Positions 55,174 through 64,000 of a DNA stretch of 64,000 nucleotides are shown here, piece by piece. The notes beneath the pieces were generated by a model. It was not told the DNA's origin and made no database searches. It worked only from the letters and a program-made list of their open reading frames with translations. The translations under genes and the position numbers were made by a program. Source of the stretch: Bacteroidales bacterium UBA1402 (lineage in GTDB: Bacteria > Bacteroidota > Bacteroidia > Bacteroidales > UBA1402); assembly GCA_002305085.1 (NCBI GenBank), contig DBQE01000003.1:5826-69825 (forward strand). The letters run 5' to 3'. Every line of letters begins with the position of its first letter. Within the stretch, counting starts at the first letter, position 1.

Positions 55174-56496
55174 ATGAAAACTATTATTCCATCAAATAGA
55201 GTAAAACTGTTCACGCTCTGCCTGTCGGGGCTTTTAAGCCTGAGCAGCCTGCCGTTTACAAGCCGGGCGGAAGAAACACCTCAACAATGGCGTTTTTCGC
55301 TCGAAGAGGCAGTCGGTCATGCCTTGGTACACAACACAGCCATGATCAAAGCCGACCTGGCAGTGCGTCAGGCTGAAGCCGCCAAATGGGCGGCTATAGC
55401 CAACTACCTGCCTCAGCTCAATGTAAACGTGAATTACAACAACTTCCTGGGCGCTTCTATCGAAATTTTCGGAATGGACATTCCCATGGACCCCTCGAGC
55501 AGGCTGACGCTGCAGGCTTCGCAATTGATTTTTAACGCTAATGCCATCCTGGGCATGCAGTTGAGCGAACTAAGCCGCCGGATGTCGGAACTGGGAAACA
55601 ATCAATCGGAACTGGCAGTTAAACAAAACGTGAGGTCCACCTACTACTCCATTTTGATGATGGAAAACAACCGGCTTTTGCTCAAAAAAAATGTGGAAAA
55701 TATGCGCAATCTAGCTAAGGCTACCAGGGCTAAAGTGGAGGTGGGCATAGGCGAACAGACCGAAGCCGACGAAATTGAAATAGTGCTGGCCAATCTGGAG
55801 AACACCCTGAAACAAACCGAAAGAACCATAGAATTGACCTATAATTCCATGCGGCTACTCTTGGGGCTGAACGCCGAGGATGGGATAGAACTGAGCGACA
55901 GACTGCAGGATGTTACCGACAAACAAGCTATGTTTGCCTTGCTGGCAGCCGGTTTTGATCCGGCCGAAAACGTCGATATGAAGGCCGGACAGCTCAATCT
56001 GGAAATCAACAAAAAACAAGTAAAGTCGGCCATCGCCGGTTATTTACCGACTATTTCGGCCGTATATCAGCGCAACGAGATTTTGCTGAAAACGGGTTTT
56101 GATCCGACCACCAAAAACACGCTGGTTCTCACGGCCAGCATGCCTCTGTTCTGCAGCGGCAAAACCACCGCCGAACTGAAAAAAGCCCAACTAGCCTACG
56201 AATCGGCGCAGGAAGATCTGGAACTTATGCAAAAACAGTTGTTGATTCAGGACAAACAGTTGCGTTTTAACTTGAAATCTGCTCTGGAATCTTACGAAAT
56301 ACAAGAACGCAACATAGAGGTTTCGAAGCGCATGTTCGACAACGTGACCAAGAAATTCGAACAGGGCTTATCGTCCAGCCTCGAAGTGACCAACGCCAGC
56401 AACAACCTGCTTACCGCACAAAGCAATTACATCCAGTCGGCCATGAGCTTACTCAACGCAAGCGACGCTTTGAAAAAATTGCTGGGAACATTATAA
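55174..56496 (+). CDS. TolC-family outer membrane efflux protein
   Basis: 440 aa with a signal peptide and two internally repeated coiled-coil/OEP halves. It leads the MFP and RND genes. Confidence 0.85.
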   Translation: MKTIIPSNRVKLFTLCLSGLLSLSSLPFTSRAEETPQQWRFSLEEAVGHALVHNTAMIKADLAVRQAEAAKWAAIANYLPQLNVNVNYNNFLGASIEIFGMDIPMDPSSRLTLQASQLIFNANAILGMQLSELSRRMSELGNNQSELAVKQNVRSTYYSILMMENNRLLLKKNVENMRNLAKATRAKVEVGIGEQTEADEIEIVLANLENTLKQTERTIELTYNSMRLLLGLNAEDGIELSDRLQDVTDKQAMFALLAAGFDPAENVDMKAGQLNLEINKKQVKSAIAGYLPTISAVYQRNEILLKTGFDPTTKNTLVLTASMPLFCSGKTTAELKKAQLAYESAQEDLELMQKQLLIQDKQLRFNLKSALESYEIQERNIEVSKRMFDNVTKKFEQGLSSSLEVTNASNNLLTAQSNYIQSAMSLLNASDALKKLLGTL

Positions 56497-56505
56497 ACGG
56501 TTCAA

Positions 56506-56600
56506 TCATCATTATCATCAGTAGCAGCAACAACAACAGTAACAACAGCAACAACAAAAACATCATCAACAACAACAGGAAATAAAAACAGGAAATAAAA
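56506..56600 (+). repeat. G-poor (NCA)n trinucleotide tract plus a 13-nt tandem caggaaataaaa(a)
   Basis: 24 consecutive NNA triplets at 56506..56577, 20 of them NCA, in phase with the tolC reading frame. caggaaataaaa then occurs at 56576..56587 and 56589..56600. Confidence 0.8.
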
Positions 56601-56618
56601 CAATAAAAAACATCTGCA

Positions 56619-57653
56619 ATGAAAAATCCGCTTTCTGCACTTCCGGCCCTGCTAATTATCGCAACGGGGCTGTATGCCTGCTCCGGTGCTTCCAAATCGC
56701 GGGAAGCACAATTAGAAACAACTCAGGAAAAGATCGAAAATGTCAAAGTAACAACCCTGAGTTCGCGTATGGTGGGCAATACCCTGGAATTCCCGGCTAA
56801 TACCAGGGCTTACGAACGGGTCAATCTGGGGCCGGTATCGCCGGGCCGTATTGAAAAAATTTACGTTGAGATGGGCGACCGTGTCAAAAAAGGACAATTG
56901 CTTATTCAAATGGATCAGACCGCGTTGCTTCAGGCACGCATTCAGATCGCCAATTTTGAGGAAGACCACAGGCGCTATGAAGCGCTCAAAGAGAGCGGAG
57001 CTATTTCGCAACAGGTTTACGACCAGTCGTTGGCCAACCTGAACATGCAAAAAACCAACCTGGACTACCTGGAAAAAAACACCCGGATTAAAGCGCCCTT
57101 CGACGGGATCATCGCCCTGCGTAATTTCGAAAACGGCGAACTTTACCCGGGCGGTTCGGCCATACTGACGCTGATGGAAATCGATAAACTCAAAGCAGAC
57201 ATCAACGTACCCGAAAGCTATTATCCACTGATCAAAAAAGGGATGAAGGCCGAAGTATTTTGCGATACCTACCCCGGTCGCCAATTCGAAGCCGAAGTCA
57301 ATTTGATTGCACCTACGGTCAATCCGGCCAGCCGTTCTTTTGCCGTTGAAATGAAAATTCCCAACACCAAAGAATGGCTCAAGCCAGGTATGTTTGTTCG
57401 CATCCATATAGATCTGGGAGTGAGCGAAGCCATCTTGGTGCCCTCACAGGCCGTACTTAAACTGCAAGGCTCCAACGAACGCTTTGTATTCCTGCACCGC
57501 AACGGCCTGGCTCAAAGAGTGCCCGTACAGATTGGCCGGCGCTTCGACGACGAGGTGGAACTGATCTCCGACCGCATTGTAGCAGGCGACCAATTGGTGG
57601 TGTTGGGACAGGCCAGGCTCAGAGATGGTGTTAAATTGAATGTGATCGAATAA
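56619..57653 (+). CDS. efflux RND periplasmic adaptor (MFP) lipoprotein
   Basis: 344 aa with the lipobox LYACSG, a lipoyl-like KAPFDGIIA hairpin motif and a beta-barrel C-terminus. Confidence 0.85.
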   Translation: MKNPLSALPALLIIATGLYACSGASKSREAQLETTQEKIENVKVTTLSSRMVGNTLEFPANTRAYERVNLGPVSPGRIEKIYVEMGDRVKKGQLLIQMDQTALLQARIQIANFEEDHRRYEALKESGAISQQVYDQSLANLNMQKTNLDYLEKNTRIKAPFDGIIALRNFENGELYPGGSAILTLMEIDKLKADINVPESYYPLIKKGMKAEVFCDTYPGRQFEAEVNLIAPTVNPASRSFAVEMKIPNTKEWLKPGMFVRIHIDLGVSEAILVPSQAVLKLQGSNERFVFLHRNGLAQRVPVQIGRRFDDEVELISDRIVAGDQLVVLGQARLRDGVKLNVIE

Positions 57654-57663
57654 TTCAAGCGAG

Positions 57664-60600
57664 ATGAGTATCTATAAAAGTGCCGTAAATAAACCGGTTA
57701 CCACACTGATGGTCTTTGCGGCCGTCATGGTGGCAGGCTTGTACGCCCTGTACCATTTGCCTATTGACCAGTTTCCCGAAATAGAACCGCCCTTTGTGAC
57801 GGTTATGACCACCTACTCAGGGGCCAATGCCTCCGAGATAGAAACCAATATAACCGAACTGCTCGAAGACGCTTTCAACAGCGTGCAAGGCATCAAGGAA
57901 ATCTACTCCACCTCTTCCGACAACATATCGGTGATCAGTATGGAATTTGAATGGGGGGCCAATCTGGACGAAGCTGTAAACGATGTGCGCAGTGCCATCG
58001 ATATGTACTACGACTTTTTGCCCGACGGCACCAGTCGTCCATCTATCTTCAAGCTGAGTACCAACATGATGCCTGTTTTGATGTACACCGTCACTGCCGA
58101 CGAAAGCTACAACGGACTCAATAAAATCCTGGAAGAACAGGTGGTGAATCCACTCAAGCGCATCGATGGAATCGGTTCTATCAACGTTACCGGCGCCCCC
58201 AAGCGCTATGTGTACGTGGATGTGGATGCCAAAAAAATGGATGCGGCCGGATTGAGCCTGGAACAGGTGACCAATGCCATTGCAGTTAATAATATGAACC
58301 TGCCTGCAGGTAACGTCAAAATGGGACGTGAAACCTATCAACTCAGAGTCGAAGGAGAATTTGAATTCAGCGAAGAAATCCGCAACCTGGTGGTGGGTGT
58401 ATTTAACAATGCGCCGGTGTTTATCCGCGACATTGCCCAGGTGAACGATACCGTAAAGGACCTGAGTCTCGAAGAACGCTCCAACGGCTCGCAGGCTGCC
58501 CGCCTGTCCATCACCCGCCAATCGGGAGCCAATTCGGTGGAAGTGTGTAAAAAGGTCAAAAAACAACTTGAGCAACTCGAAAAAAACCTGCCCACCGACG
58601 TAAAGACCCATCTGATTTTTGATACTTCAAAGTTTATCAGCAGTTCCATAAGTAATTTAGCATCGGCTCTGTTCTTTGCTTTGCTTTTTGTAGTGGTGGT
58701 GGTACTCTTTTTTGTGGGACGCTTCAGAGCTACGCTGATTATTGCCCTGACCATTCCCATTTCGCTGGTGGTAGCAGCCATATTCCTCTTTGCCACGGGA
58801 AGCTCACTCAATATTATATCGATGTCGTCGCTCTCAATTGCCATCGGTATGGTGGTGGACGACGCCATAGTGGTACTGGAAAACATTACCAAACATATCC
58901 GCCGGGGCAGCAATCCCCGCGAAGCGTCCATTTACGCTACCAACGAGGTCTGGGTGTCGGTAATTGTGACTACCCTGGTCATTGTGGCGGTGTTTATGCC
59001 TTTGACCATGCTGGGCGGAATGACCGGTATAATGTTCAAAGAACTGGGCTGGATTGTCACCATAACGGTCTGTACCTCTACGGTTGCAGCCATCAGTCTG
59101 ACCCCCATGCTCTCGTCGAGGCTGCTCAAAAGCCGTGAAGACGAAAAGCCGCGTTGGTACGACCGCACCATAGGGAAGATGCTCGACCGTATGGACGAGG
59201 CCTACGAAAATTTACTACGAAAAGCCCTCAGGCATAAAGTACTTATCCTAGTGTCGTCGTTAGCCATTTTCGTGCTTTCACTCGGTTTATTCCGTTTTAT
59301 AGGTACCGAATTTTTGCCCTCGGCCGACCAGAGCAGATTGTCGGCTTCCATTGAATTGCAGACCGGTACCCGGGTGGAAAAAACACTCGAAACCACTTCG
59401 GCCATAGAACAATATATTATGGAAAATTGCCCCGAAGTGACTTTGCTTTCGAGCTCCACGGGATCTCTCGATGAAGCCGGCTTTGCCGCTATGTTCTCCA
59501 ATTCCGGCAGCCATTTGATCAACTTGAACATACGTTTAAAAGAAATTAACCAGCGTAAACGCAGCGATACCGAAATTGCCGAACAAATACGTTCCTACCT
59601 GGGCACCTTGCCCGAAGTGATCAATTATACGGTTGTTGCCGGAGGAACGGGCATGGGAGGCGGCAACAGCACCGTTGATGTGGAAATTATGGGCTACGAT
59701 TTTGACAAAACCAATGCGTTGGCGCAGGAGGTAAAGGCTCTTTGTCAGAATTTGGATGGCGCCCGCGACATAAGCATCAGCCGCAAAGACGACAAAGCCG
59801 AACTGCAGGTGGTGCTCGACAAAGAAAAAATGGCCTTGCACGGCTTGAATTCAGCCACCGTTTCCAATTTCATCCGCAACAGGGTGTATGGCGCTACTGC
59901 CGGCTACTTTAGGGAAGGCGGTGAAGAGTACGACATCGTTGTCAGACTGGAAGAACAATACCGGAATTCCATCTCCGACCTGAATCAACTGAGTATTCCC
60001 ACGGCCATGGGCACTCTGATCAAGCTCAGCGAAATTGGGGAGATCAGGGAATTTTGGTCGCCTCCTTCGATAGACCGCCAACGCCGTGAACGTATTGTAA
60101 AGGTTTCGGTTACTCCGGTTGGAGTATCGCTGGGCGAAATGGCGGCTTCCGTTCAAACTCTTGTGAACGGTATGGAAATTCCCCAGGGTGTCATGGTCAA
60201 TATTGGTGGCGACTACGAGGAACAACAGGAATCTTTTGCCGATCTGGGTTTGCTTTTCCTGGCGGTGATTGTGTTGGTCTATTTAGTGATGGCTTCGCAG
60301 TTTGAGTCTTATTCAAGGCCTTTTGTCATTATGTTTTCCGTTCCTTTTGCCATTACCGGAGCTGCTCTGGCTCTATGGATAACAGGCACCGATTTGAGTA
60401 TGATTGCCGCTCTGGGACTGGTGCTGCTGGTAGGTATTGTTGTCAAGAACGGTATTGTGCTGGTGGATTTTATCAACCTGATGCGCGACCGGGGCCTGGA
60501 ATTGAACGAGGCCATTGCAGTAGCGGGCAAATCGAGGCTCAAACCTGTGTTAATGACGGCTACTACCACCATTTTGGGTATGTTTCCCATGGCCTTAGGT

Positions 60601-60777
60601 ATAGGCGAAGGTTCCGAAATCTGGTCGCCCATGGGTATTACCATTATCGGAGGTATGCTTGTGTCGACAGCCATTACCATGGTTCTGATTCCGGTCATGT
60701 ACGGTCTGGTGGCCCGTCACGGTGACCGCGACAAACAGGAAAAAGCCCGTAAACAATTTGTTTTTATGAATGATTAG
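57664..60777 (+). CDS. RND efflux permease (AcrB/HAE1-like)
   Basis: 1037 aa with two homologous halves of 6 TM each plus large periplasmic loops. Motifs include GMVVDDAIVVLENI and GIVVKNGIVLVDF. Confidence 0.9.
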   Translation: MSIYKSAVNKPVTTLMVFAAVMVAGLYALYHLPIDQFPEIEPPFVTVMTTYSGANASEIETNITELLEDAFNSVQGIKEIYSTSSDNISVISMEFEWGANLDEAVNDVRSAIDMYYDFLPDGTSRPSIFKLSTNMMPVLMYTVTADESYNGLNKILEEQVVNPLKRIDGIGSINVTGAPKRYVYVDVDAKKMDAAGLSLEQVTNAIAVNNMNLPAGNVKMGRETYQLRVEGEFEFSEEIRNLVVGVFNNAPVFIRDIAQVNDTVKDLSLEERSNGSQAARLSITRQSGANSVEVCKKVKKQLEQLEKNLPTDVKTHLIFDTSKFISSSISNLASALFFALLFVVVVVLFFVGRFRATLIIALTIPISLVVAAIFLFATGSSLNIISMSSLSIAIGMVVDDAIVVLENITKHIRRGSNPREASIYATNEVWVSVIVTTLVIVAVFMPLTMLGGMTGIMFKELGWIVTITVCTSTVAAISLTPMLSSRLLKSREDEKPRWYDRTIGKMLDRMDEAYENLLRKALRHKVLILVSSLAIFVLSLGLFRFIGTEFLPSADQSRLSASIELQTGTRVEKTLETTSAIEQYIMENCPEVTLLSSSTGSLDEAGFAAMFSNSGSHLINLNIRLKEINQRKRSDTEIAEQIRSYLGTLPEVINYTVVAGGTGMGGGNSTVDVEIMGYDFDKTNALAQEVKALCQNLDGARDISISRKDDKAELQVVLDKEKMALHGLNSATVSNFIRNRVYGATAGYFREGGEEYDIVVRLEEQYRNSISDLNQLSIPTAMGTLIKLSEIGEIREFWSPPSIDRQRRERIVKVSVTPVGVSLGEMAASVQTLVNGMEIPQGVMVNIGGDYEEQQESFADLGLLFLAVIVLVYLVMASQFESYSRPFVIMFSVPFAITGAALALWITGTDLSMIAALGLVLLVGIVVKNGIVLVDFINLMRDRGLELNEAIAVAGKSRLKPVLMTATTTILGMFPMALGIGEGSEIWSPMGITIIGGMLVSTAITMVLIPVMYGLVARHGDRDKQEKARKQFVFMND

Positions 60778-60779
60778 GT

Positions 60780-61073
60780 ATGAAAGCTGTATTTATAGTA
60801 TACAACCAGGCCAACACCGAAAGGGTGGATTATATGCTTGATCGCCTGGGTATAAGAGGTTTCACCACCTGGGAACAGGTGAACGGCAGAGGTTCGGTGA
60901 GCGGGGAGCCCAGAATGGGCACCCACACCTGGCCCGAAATGAACTCGGCTACTCTGACCATAATCCGGGAAGAGCAGGTGGAAGAATTGCTGTCTTACAT
61001 AAGAAAACTCGACAAACGCAACGAGGACATCGGTGTCCGGGCTTTTGTCTGGAATATTGAACAAACTGTCTAA
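60780..61073 (+). CDS. small P-II (GlnB)-like protein coupled to the RND permease (transporter-associated family)
   Basis: 97 aa, with the ATG 2 nt after the permease stop. A double beta-alpha-beta pattern and a T-loop-like [12 protein letters not shown] align by eye with GlnB (see the P-II-like finding, 60780..61073). Confidence 0.6.
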   Translation: [97 protein letters not shown]

Positions 61074-61098
61074 AATCGGCAGATTCTAATAAAACTCT

Positions 61099-61106
61099 TA
61101 TCTTTG
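61099..61106 (+). promoter_or_regulatory. candidate -7 box (TATCTTTG) upstream of the acyltransferase gene
   Basis: Matches TAnnTTTG 23 nt upstream of the ATG at 61129. No clear -33 element is present. Confidence 0.3.
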
Positions 61107-61128
61107 GCCCGGATTCAAAAACAACGCT

Positions 61129-62544
61129 ATGTTAGATTTTAGACGGGTCAACAAACCTGATTTCAGGTATTCCTTATTGTACCGCTACGTACAATTTGTT
61201 CACAATCACATCTATTACAGACGTTATCATGTTGTAAACAAGCACAATATCCCTCCCCGGGGCGAAGGCTTTATGGTAATATGCAACCACCAGAACGGCC
61301 TGAACGATGCGCTTGGAATTTTGTTTTCGATGAACGGACGCTTTCCTGTCTTTATTGCCAGGGCCGATATTTTCAAAATAAAGTTTGTGGCCAAATTGCT
61401 GCGTTTTTTGAAAATTATGCCTGCTTTCCGCAAAAGAGACGTCGGAATGGCAGGCCTCGACAACAACGAAATCATTTTTGCCCACTCGGCCAGGATTATC
61501 AGCGAAGGGGATATTATTACCCTCTTCCCTGAGGCAGGACACGAAGATTGTCATCACCTGGGTACGTTCAAAAAAGGTTTTGCCCGTATTGCCTTCAGGG
61601 CAGTGGAACTGTCGGATTATCAACTAAAACTCAAAATCCTGCCGCTGGGCAATCACTATTCGAATTATTTCAGGATGCAGGGTAAGCTGATGATCAACAT
61701 CGGAGAACCTTTTGAGTTTACCGAACTTTACGAACTGCACAAAACCGATCCCAACCGGGCGCAATACCTCCTGGCTCAAAAGGCCCGAGAAAGGGTAAAA
61801 AAATTGATGCTCGATGTCGAAGACCTGGATTATTACGATGAATACATCATGCTCTGCACCATTTACCGGGATACTTACATCCGGCATCGTCCGCCCCGGG
61901 ATGGCCGCCCCGAAAAGCGGACTTCGATATTTTGCCGGATCCGTTACAACAATCCGGGCTACTTCCCCAACGAACTGGAAGCCGATCAACATATAGTGGC
62001 CACCCTGGACGAATTAAAAGCAAAAGACCGGCCGGCTTTTGAACAACTTATGACAAAAGCGGGGTAATACAAAAAGAACCTCAAGCAGCTTAAGCTAAGG
62101 GACTGGATTTTCCGCAGACGCTTTCTGGCAGGCTTCTGGATCCGGACCATTGCTTTATTGCTTTTTTCGCCCTTCTGGCTGTTTGGCTACCTCAACAACG
62201 CATTGCCTTTTTACGCCGGCAACCTGATTACCCGCAGGGTCAAAGACAGGATGTTGCATTCTTCTTTTCATCTTGGCCTGGGTACCCTGGTTACTTTCCC
62301 GCTCTGGTATTTGATTCTGTTCTCAACAGTTTGGATAATAAGCGGCACTTTCTGGATGGCGGCGGCCTACCTGGCTGTACTTCCCTTGAGTCTGCTCATT
62401 TTCTTCCGATCCAAAGTGTTGATTATAAAACTCTACAACCGCACTCGCCGCTTCTGGCTCAAAGTAAGGAAAAACCCTCTGTTAGCAGCCTCCGAAAAAC
62501 TTCGTCGTGAAATAGTTGAGGTTATGGATAAACTGATATTCTAA
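61129..62544 (+). pseudogene. PlsC-type lysophospholipid acyltransferase with a C-terminal membrane domain, interrupted by one in-frame TAA (62065..62067)
   Basis: ORFs 61129..62067 and 62158..62544 are in the same frame (both coordinates are 1 mod 3). Only one stop separates them, and the intervening 30 codons read as plausible protein (YKKNLKQLKLRDWIFRRRFLAGFWIRTIALL). The HX4D motif is CNHQNGLND. The downstream ORF would have to start at a TTG inside a TM helix. Confidence 0.6.
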
Positions 62545-62585
62545 AATATTTTTTATCTTTGTAGCCGGTTTTTTTTGAGAGAAAA

Positions 62586-62617
62586 GCACGAACATAGCTA
62601 TGTTCGTGCCCTTTTAT
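62586..62617 (+). terminator. 24-bp perfect palindrome plus short T-run; probable terminator of the acyltransferase gene (or an operator upstream of purA)
   Basis: gcacgaacatag ctatgttcgtgc followed by ccttttat. Confidence 0.5.
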
Positions 62618-62647
62618 GTGCACACTACTGGTAATCATTATTTTATC

Positions 62648-63913
62648 ATGGATGTATTATTAGGCCTCCAATGGGGAGACGAGGGAAAAGGCAAGGTGGT
62701 GGACGTGCTGACACCCGGTTATGAAGTGGTATGCCGTTTTCAGGGCGGCCCCAATGCCGGGCACACACTGGAATTCGAAGGACATAAATACGTACTCCGT
62801 TCCATTCCTTCGGGTATTTTCCAGGGGGACAAAATTAATGTGGTGGGCAATGGTGTAGTGATTGATCCTGCTTTGTTCATGGGAGAAATCGATCAACTTG
62901 CCAAGAGTGGGCACAAGCTGAACGATCGATTGATGATTTCCAAAAAAGCTCATCTGATTTTGCCTACCCACCGTCTGCTGGATGCAGCCAACGAAGCCGC
63001 CAAAGGTCAGGGCAAAATCGGCACCACAGGCAAAGGCATTGGCCCTGCCTATACCGACAAAGTGAGCCGCAACGGGCTCAGGGTGGGCGATATACTTCAT
63101 GACTTCAAGCGCAAATACAAGGAAGCTGCCGCCCTGCACCTGAACAGACTGAAACAAATGAATTTCCCGGTCGACTCCGAAGAACTGGCCGCGGCCGAAA
63201 AAGAATGGTTCGAAGGAATCGACTGCCTAAAGCAATTTAAACTGATCGACAGTGAGCATTTCCTGAACAAAAAAATCGGTGAAGGCAAAAAGATTTTATG
63301 CGAAGGTGCACAAGGCACCATGCTCGATATTGATTTCGGGTCTTATCCCTTTGTGACCTCGTCCAATACGGTTTGCTCCGGAGCCTGCACCGGCCTGGGC
63401 GTAGCTCCTCGCTACATCGACCGGGTGTTTGGTATTTTCAAAGCTTATTGTACCCGGGTGGGCAGCGGCCCCTTCCCCACAGAGCTCTTCGACGAAAACG
63501 GTAAACTGATGCGCGATCGGGGCAACGAATACGGCTCGGTAACGGGTCGTCCGCGCCGTTGCGGCTGGATAGACCTGGTGACTCTGCGTTATGCCGTAAT
63601 GATAAACGGAGTGACCGACCTGATTATGATGAAAAGCGACGTACTCGACAGCTTCGATACCATCAAGGCCTGCGTAGCCTACAGGATTGGCGGCAAAGAA
63701 ACCGAAAACCTGCCTTTCGATATTCAGGGAAAACTGGAACCGGTATTTACTGAACTCCCGGGATGGAAAACGGACATGACCAAAATGCGGTCCGAAGACG
63801 AATTTCCCGAAGAATTCAATCAATACCTGAGTTTTCTCGAAGACGAGTTGGGTGTTCGCATCAAATATGTTTCGGTAGGTCCCGACCGGGCTCAAACCAT
63901 AGAACGTTATTAA
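62648..63913 (+). CDS. purA: adenylosuccinate synthase
   Basis: ORF 62600..63913 trimmed to the ATG at 62648 (MDVLLGLQWGDEGKGKVVD). Motifs are GGPNAGHT and GTTGKGIGPAY. The longer ORF begins inside the upstream palindrome. Confidence 0.9.
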   Translation: MDVLLGLQWGDEGKGKVVDVLTPGYEVVCRFQGGPNAGHTLEFEGHKYVLRSIPSGIFQGDKINVVGNGVVIDPALFMGEIDQLAKSGHKLNDRLMISKKAHLILPTHRLLDAANEAAKGQGKIGTTGKGIGPAYTDKVSRNGLRVGDILHDFKRKYKEAAALHLNRLKQMNFPVDSEELAAAEKEWFEGIDCLKQFKLIDSEHFLNKKIGEGKKILCEGAQGTMLDIDFGSYPFVTSSNTVCSGACTGLGVAPRYIDRVFGIFKAYCTRVGSGPFPTELFDENGKLMRDRGNEYGSVTGRPRRCGWIDLVTLRYAVMINGVTDLIMMKSDVLDSFDTIKACVAYRIGGKETENLPFDIQGKLEPVFTELPGWKTDMTKMRSEDEFPEEFNQYLSFLEDELGVRIKYVSVGPDRAQTIERY

Positions 63914-63915
63914 TT

Positions 63916-64000
63916 ATGATGATATATGTGATTTTTATAGGCTTTGCCCTCCTTAGCTGGATAGTGCAAAGCGTATTGAAAAATAAATTTGATAAATACA
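63916..64000 (+). CDS. N-terminal fragment of a membrane-anchored protein, possibly a putative neutral zinc metallopeptidase
   Basis: MMIYVIFIGFALLSWIVQSVLKNKFDKY is a TM helix followed by a K.KF.KY pattern that I recall from Zn_peptidase_2-type proteins. Only 28 codons are visible. Confidence 0.35.
   Translation, partial: MMIYVIFIGFALLSWIVQSVLKNKFDKY

Noticed and set aside
56453-56695. 80-aa minus-strand ORF with an 11-residue poly-Leu run
   Set aside because: It is an artefact of translating the reverse complement of the (NCA)n tract. It overlaps the tolC 3' end and the adaptor gene 5' end.

Overview
This is a 64-kb chromosomal segment with Bacteroidota hallmarks: a UpxY-type NusG paralog heading a glycan locus, recurrent TAnnTTTG -7 promoter boxes, a GT3-type glycogen synthase, and an RND operon with a trailing P-II-like gene. 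Layout: (i) 1-33,360 is one uninterrupted minus-strand capsule/O-antigen-type polysaccharide locus of 33 genes. In transcription order it runs upxY, capD/pglF-like dehydratase, Wza-like exporter, Wzz, pseB-pseC-pseF-pseG-formyltransferase-pseI (pseudaminic acid), wzx, two aminotransferase/ATP-grasp pairs, an LbH acyltransferase, two separate KASIII/ACP/ketoreductase cassettes, four glycosyltransferases with an EpsG/Wzy-like polymerase, an oxidoreductase, a deacetylase and an epimerase. The locus continues past the left edge. (ii) tRNA-Thr(CGU), an acidic hypothetical protein and a TPR lipoprotein. (iii) rpsA with long low-complexity N- and C-terminal extensions. (iv) tsaC, then glycogen phosphorylase and synthase. 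(v) A minus-strand operon of E2, E3 and a fused-E1 2-oxoacid dehydrogenase plus a PHP-domain protein and an aldolase::SDR fusion. It is divergent from a GntR/HutC regulator, with matching palindromic operators in the shared control region. (vi) yqaA, a tetR-tolC-MFP-RND-PII-like efflux operon, an acyltransferase gene interrupted by a single in-frame TAA, purA, and the start of a zinc-metallopeptidase-like gene. I saw no transposase, integrase, CRISPR array, rRNA, or recognisable defence or toxin genes. The least explained content is the low-GC accessory half of the glycan locus. It holds two non-identical stand-alone fatty-acid-synthase-like cassettes, twin ATP-grasp/PLP pairs, and a formyltransferase on a low-GC recombination patch inside the pse operon. 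Also notable are the P-II-like protein coupled to the RND pump and the S1 protein with repeat tails. All functional calls come from motif and pattern recognition by eye. No similarity search, folding or statistics were run, and GC statements rest on a few hand-counted 60-nt samples.
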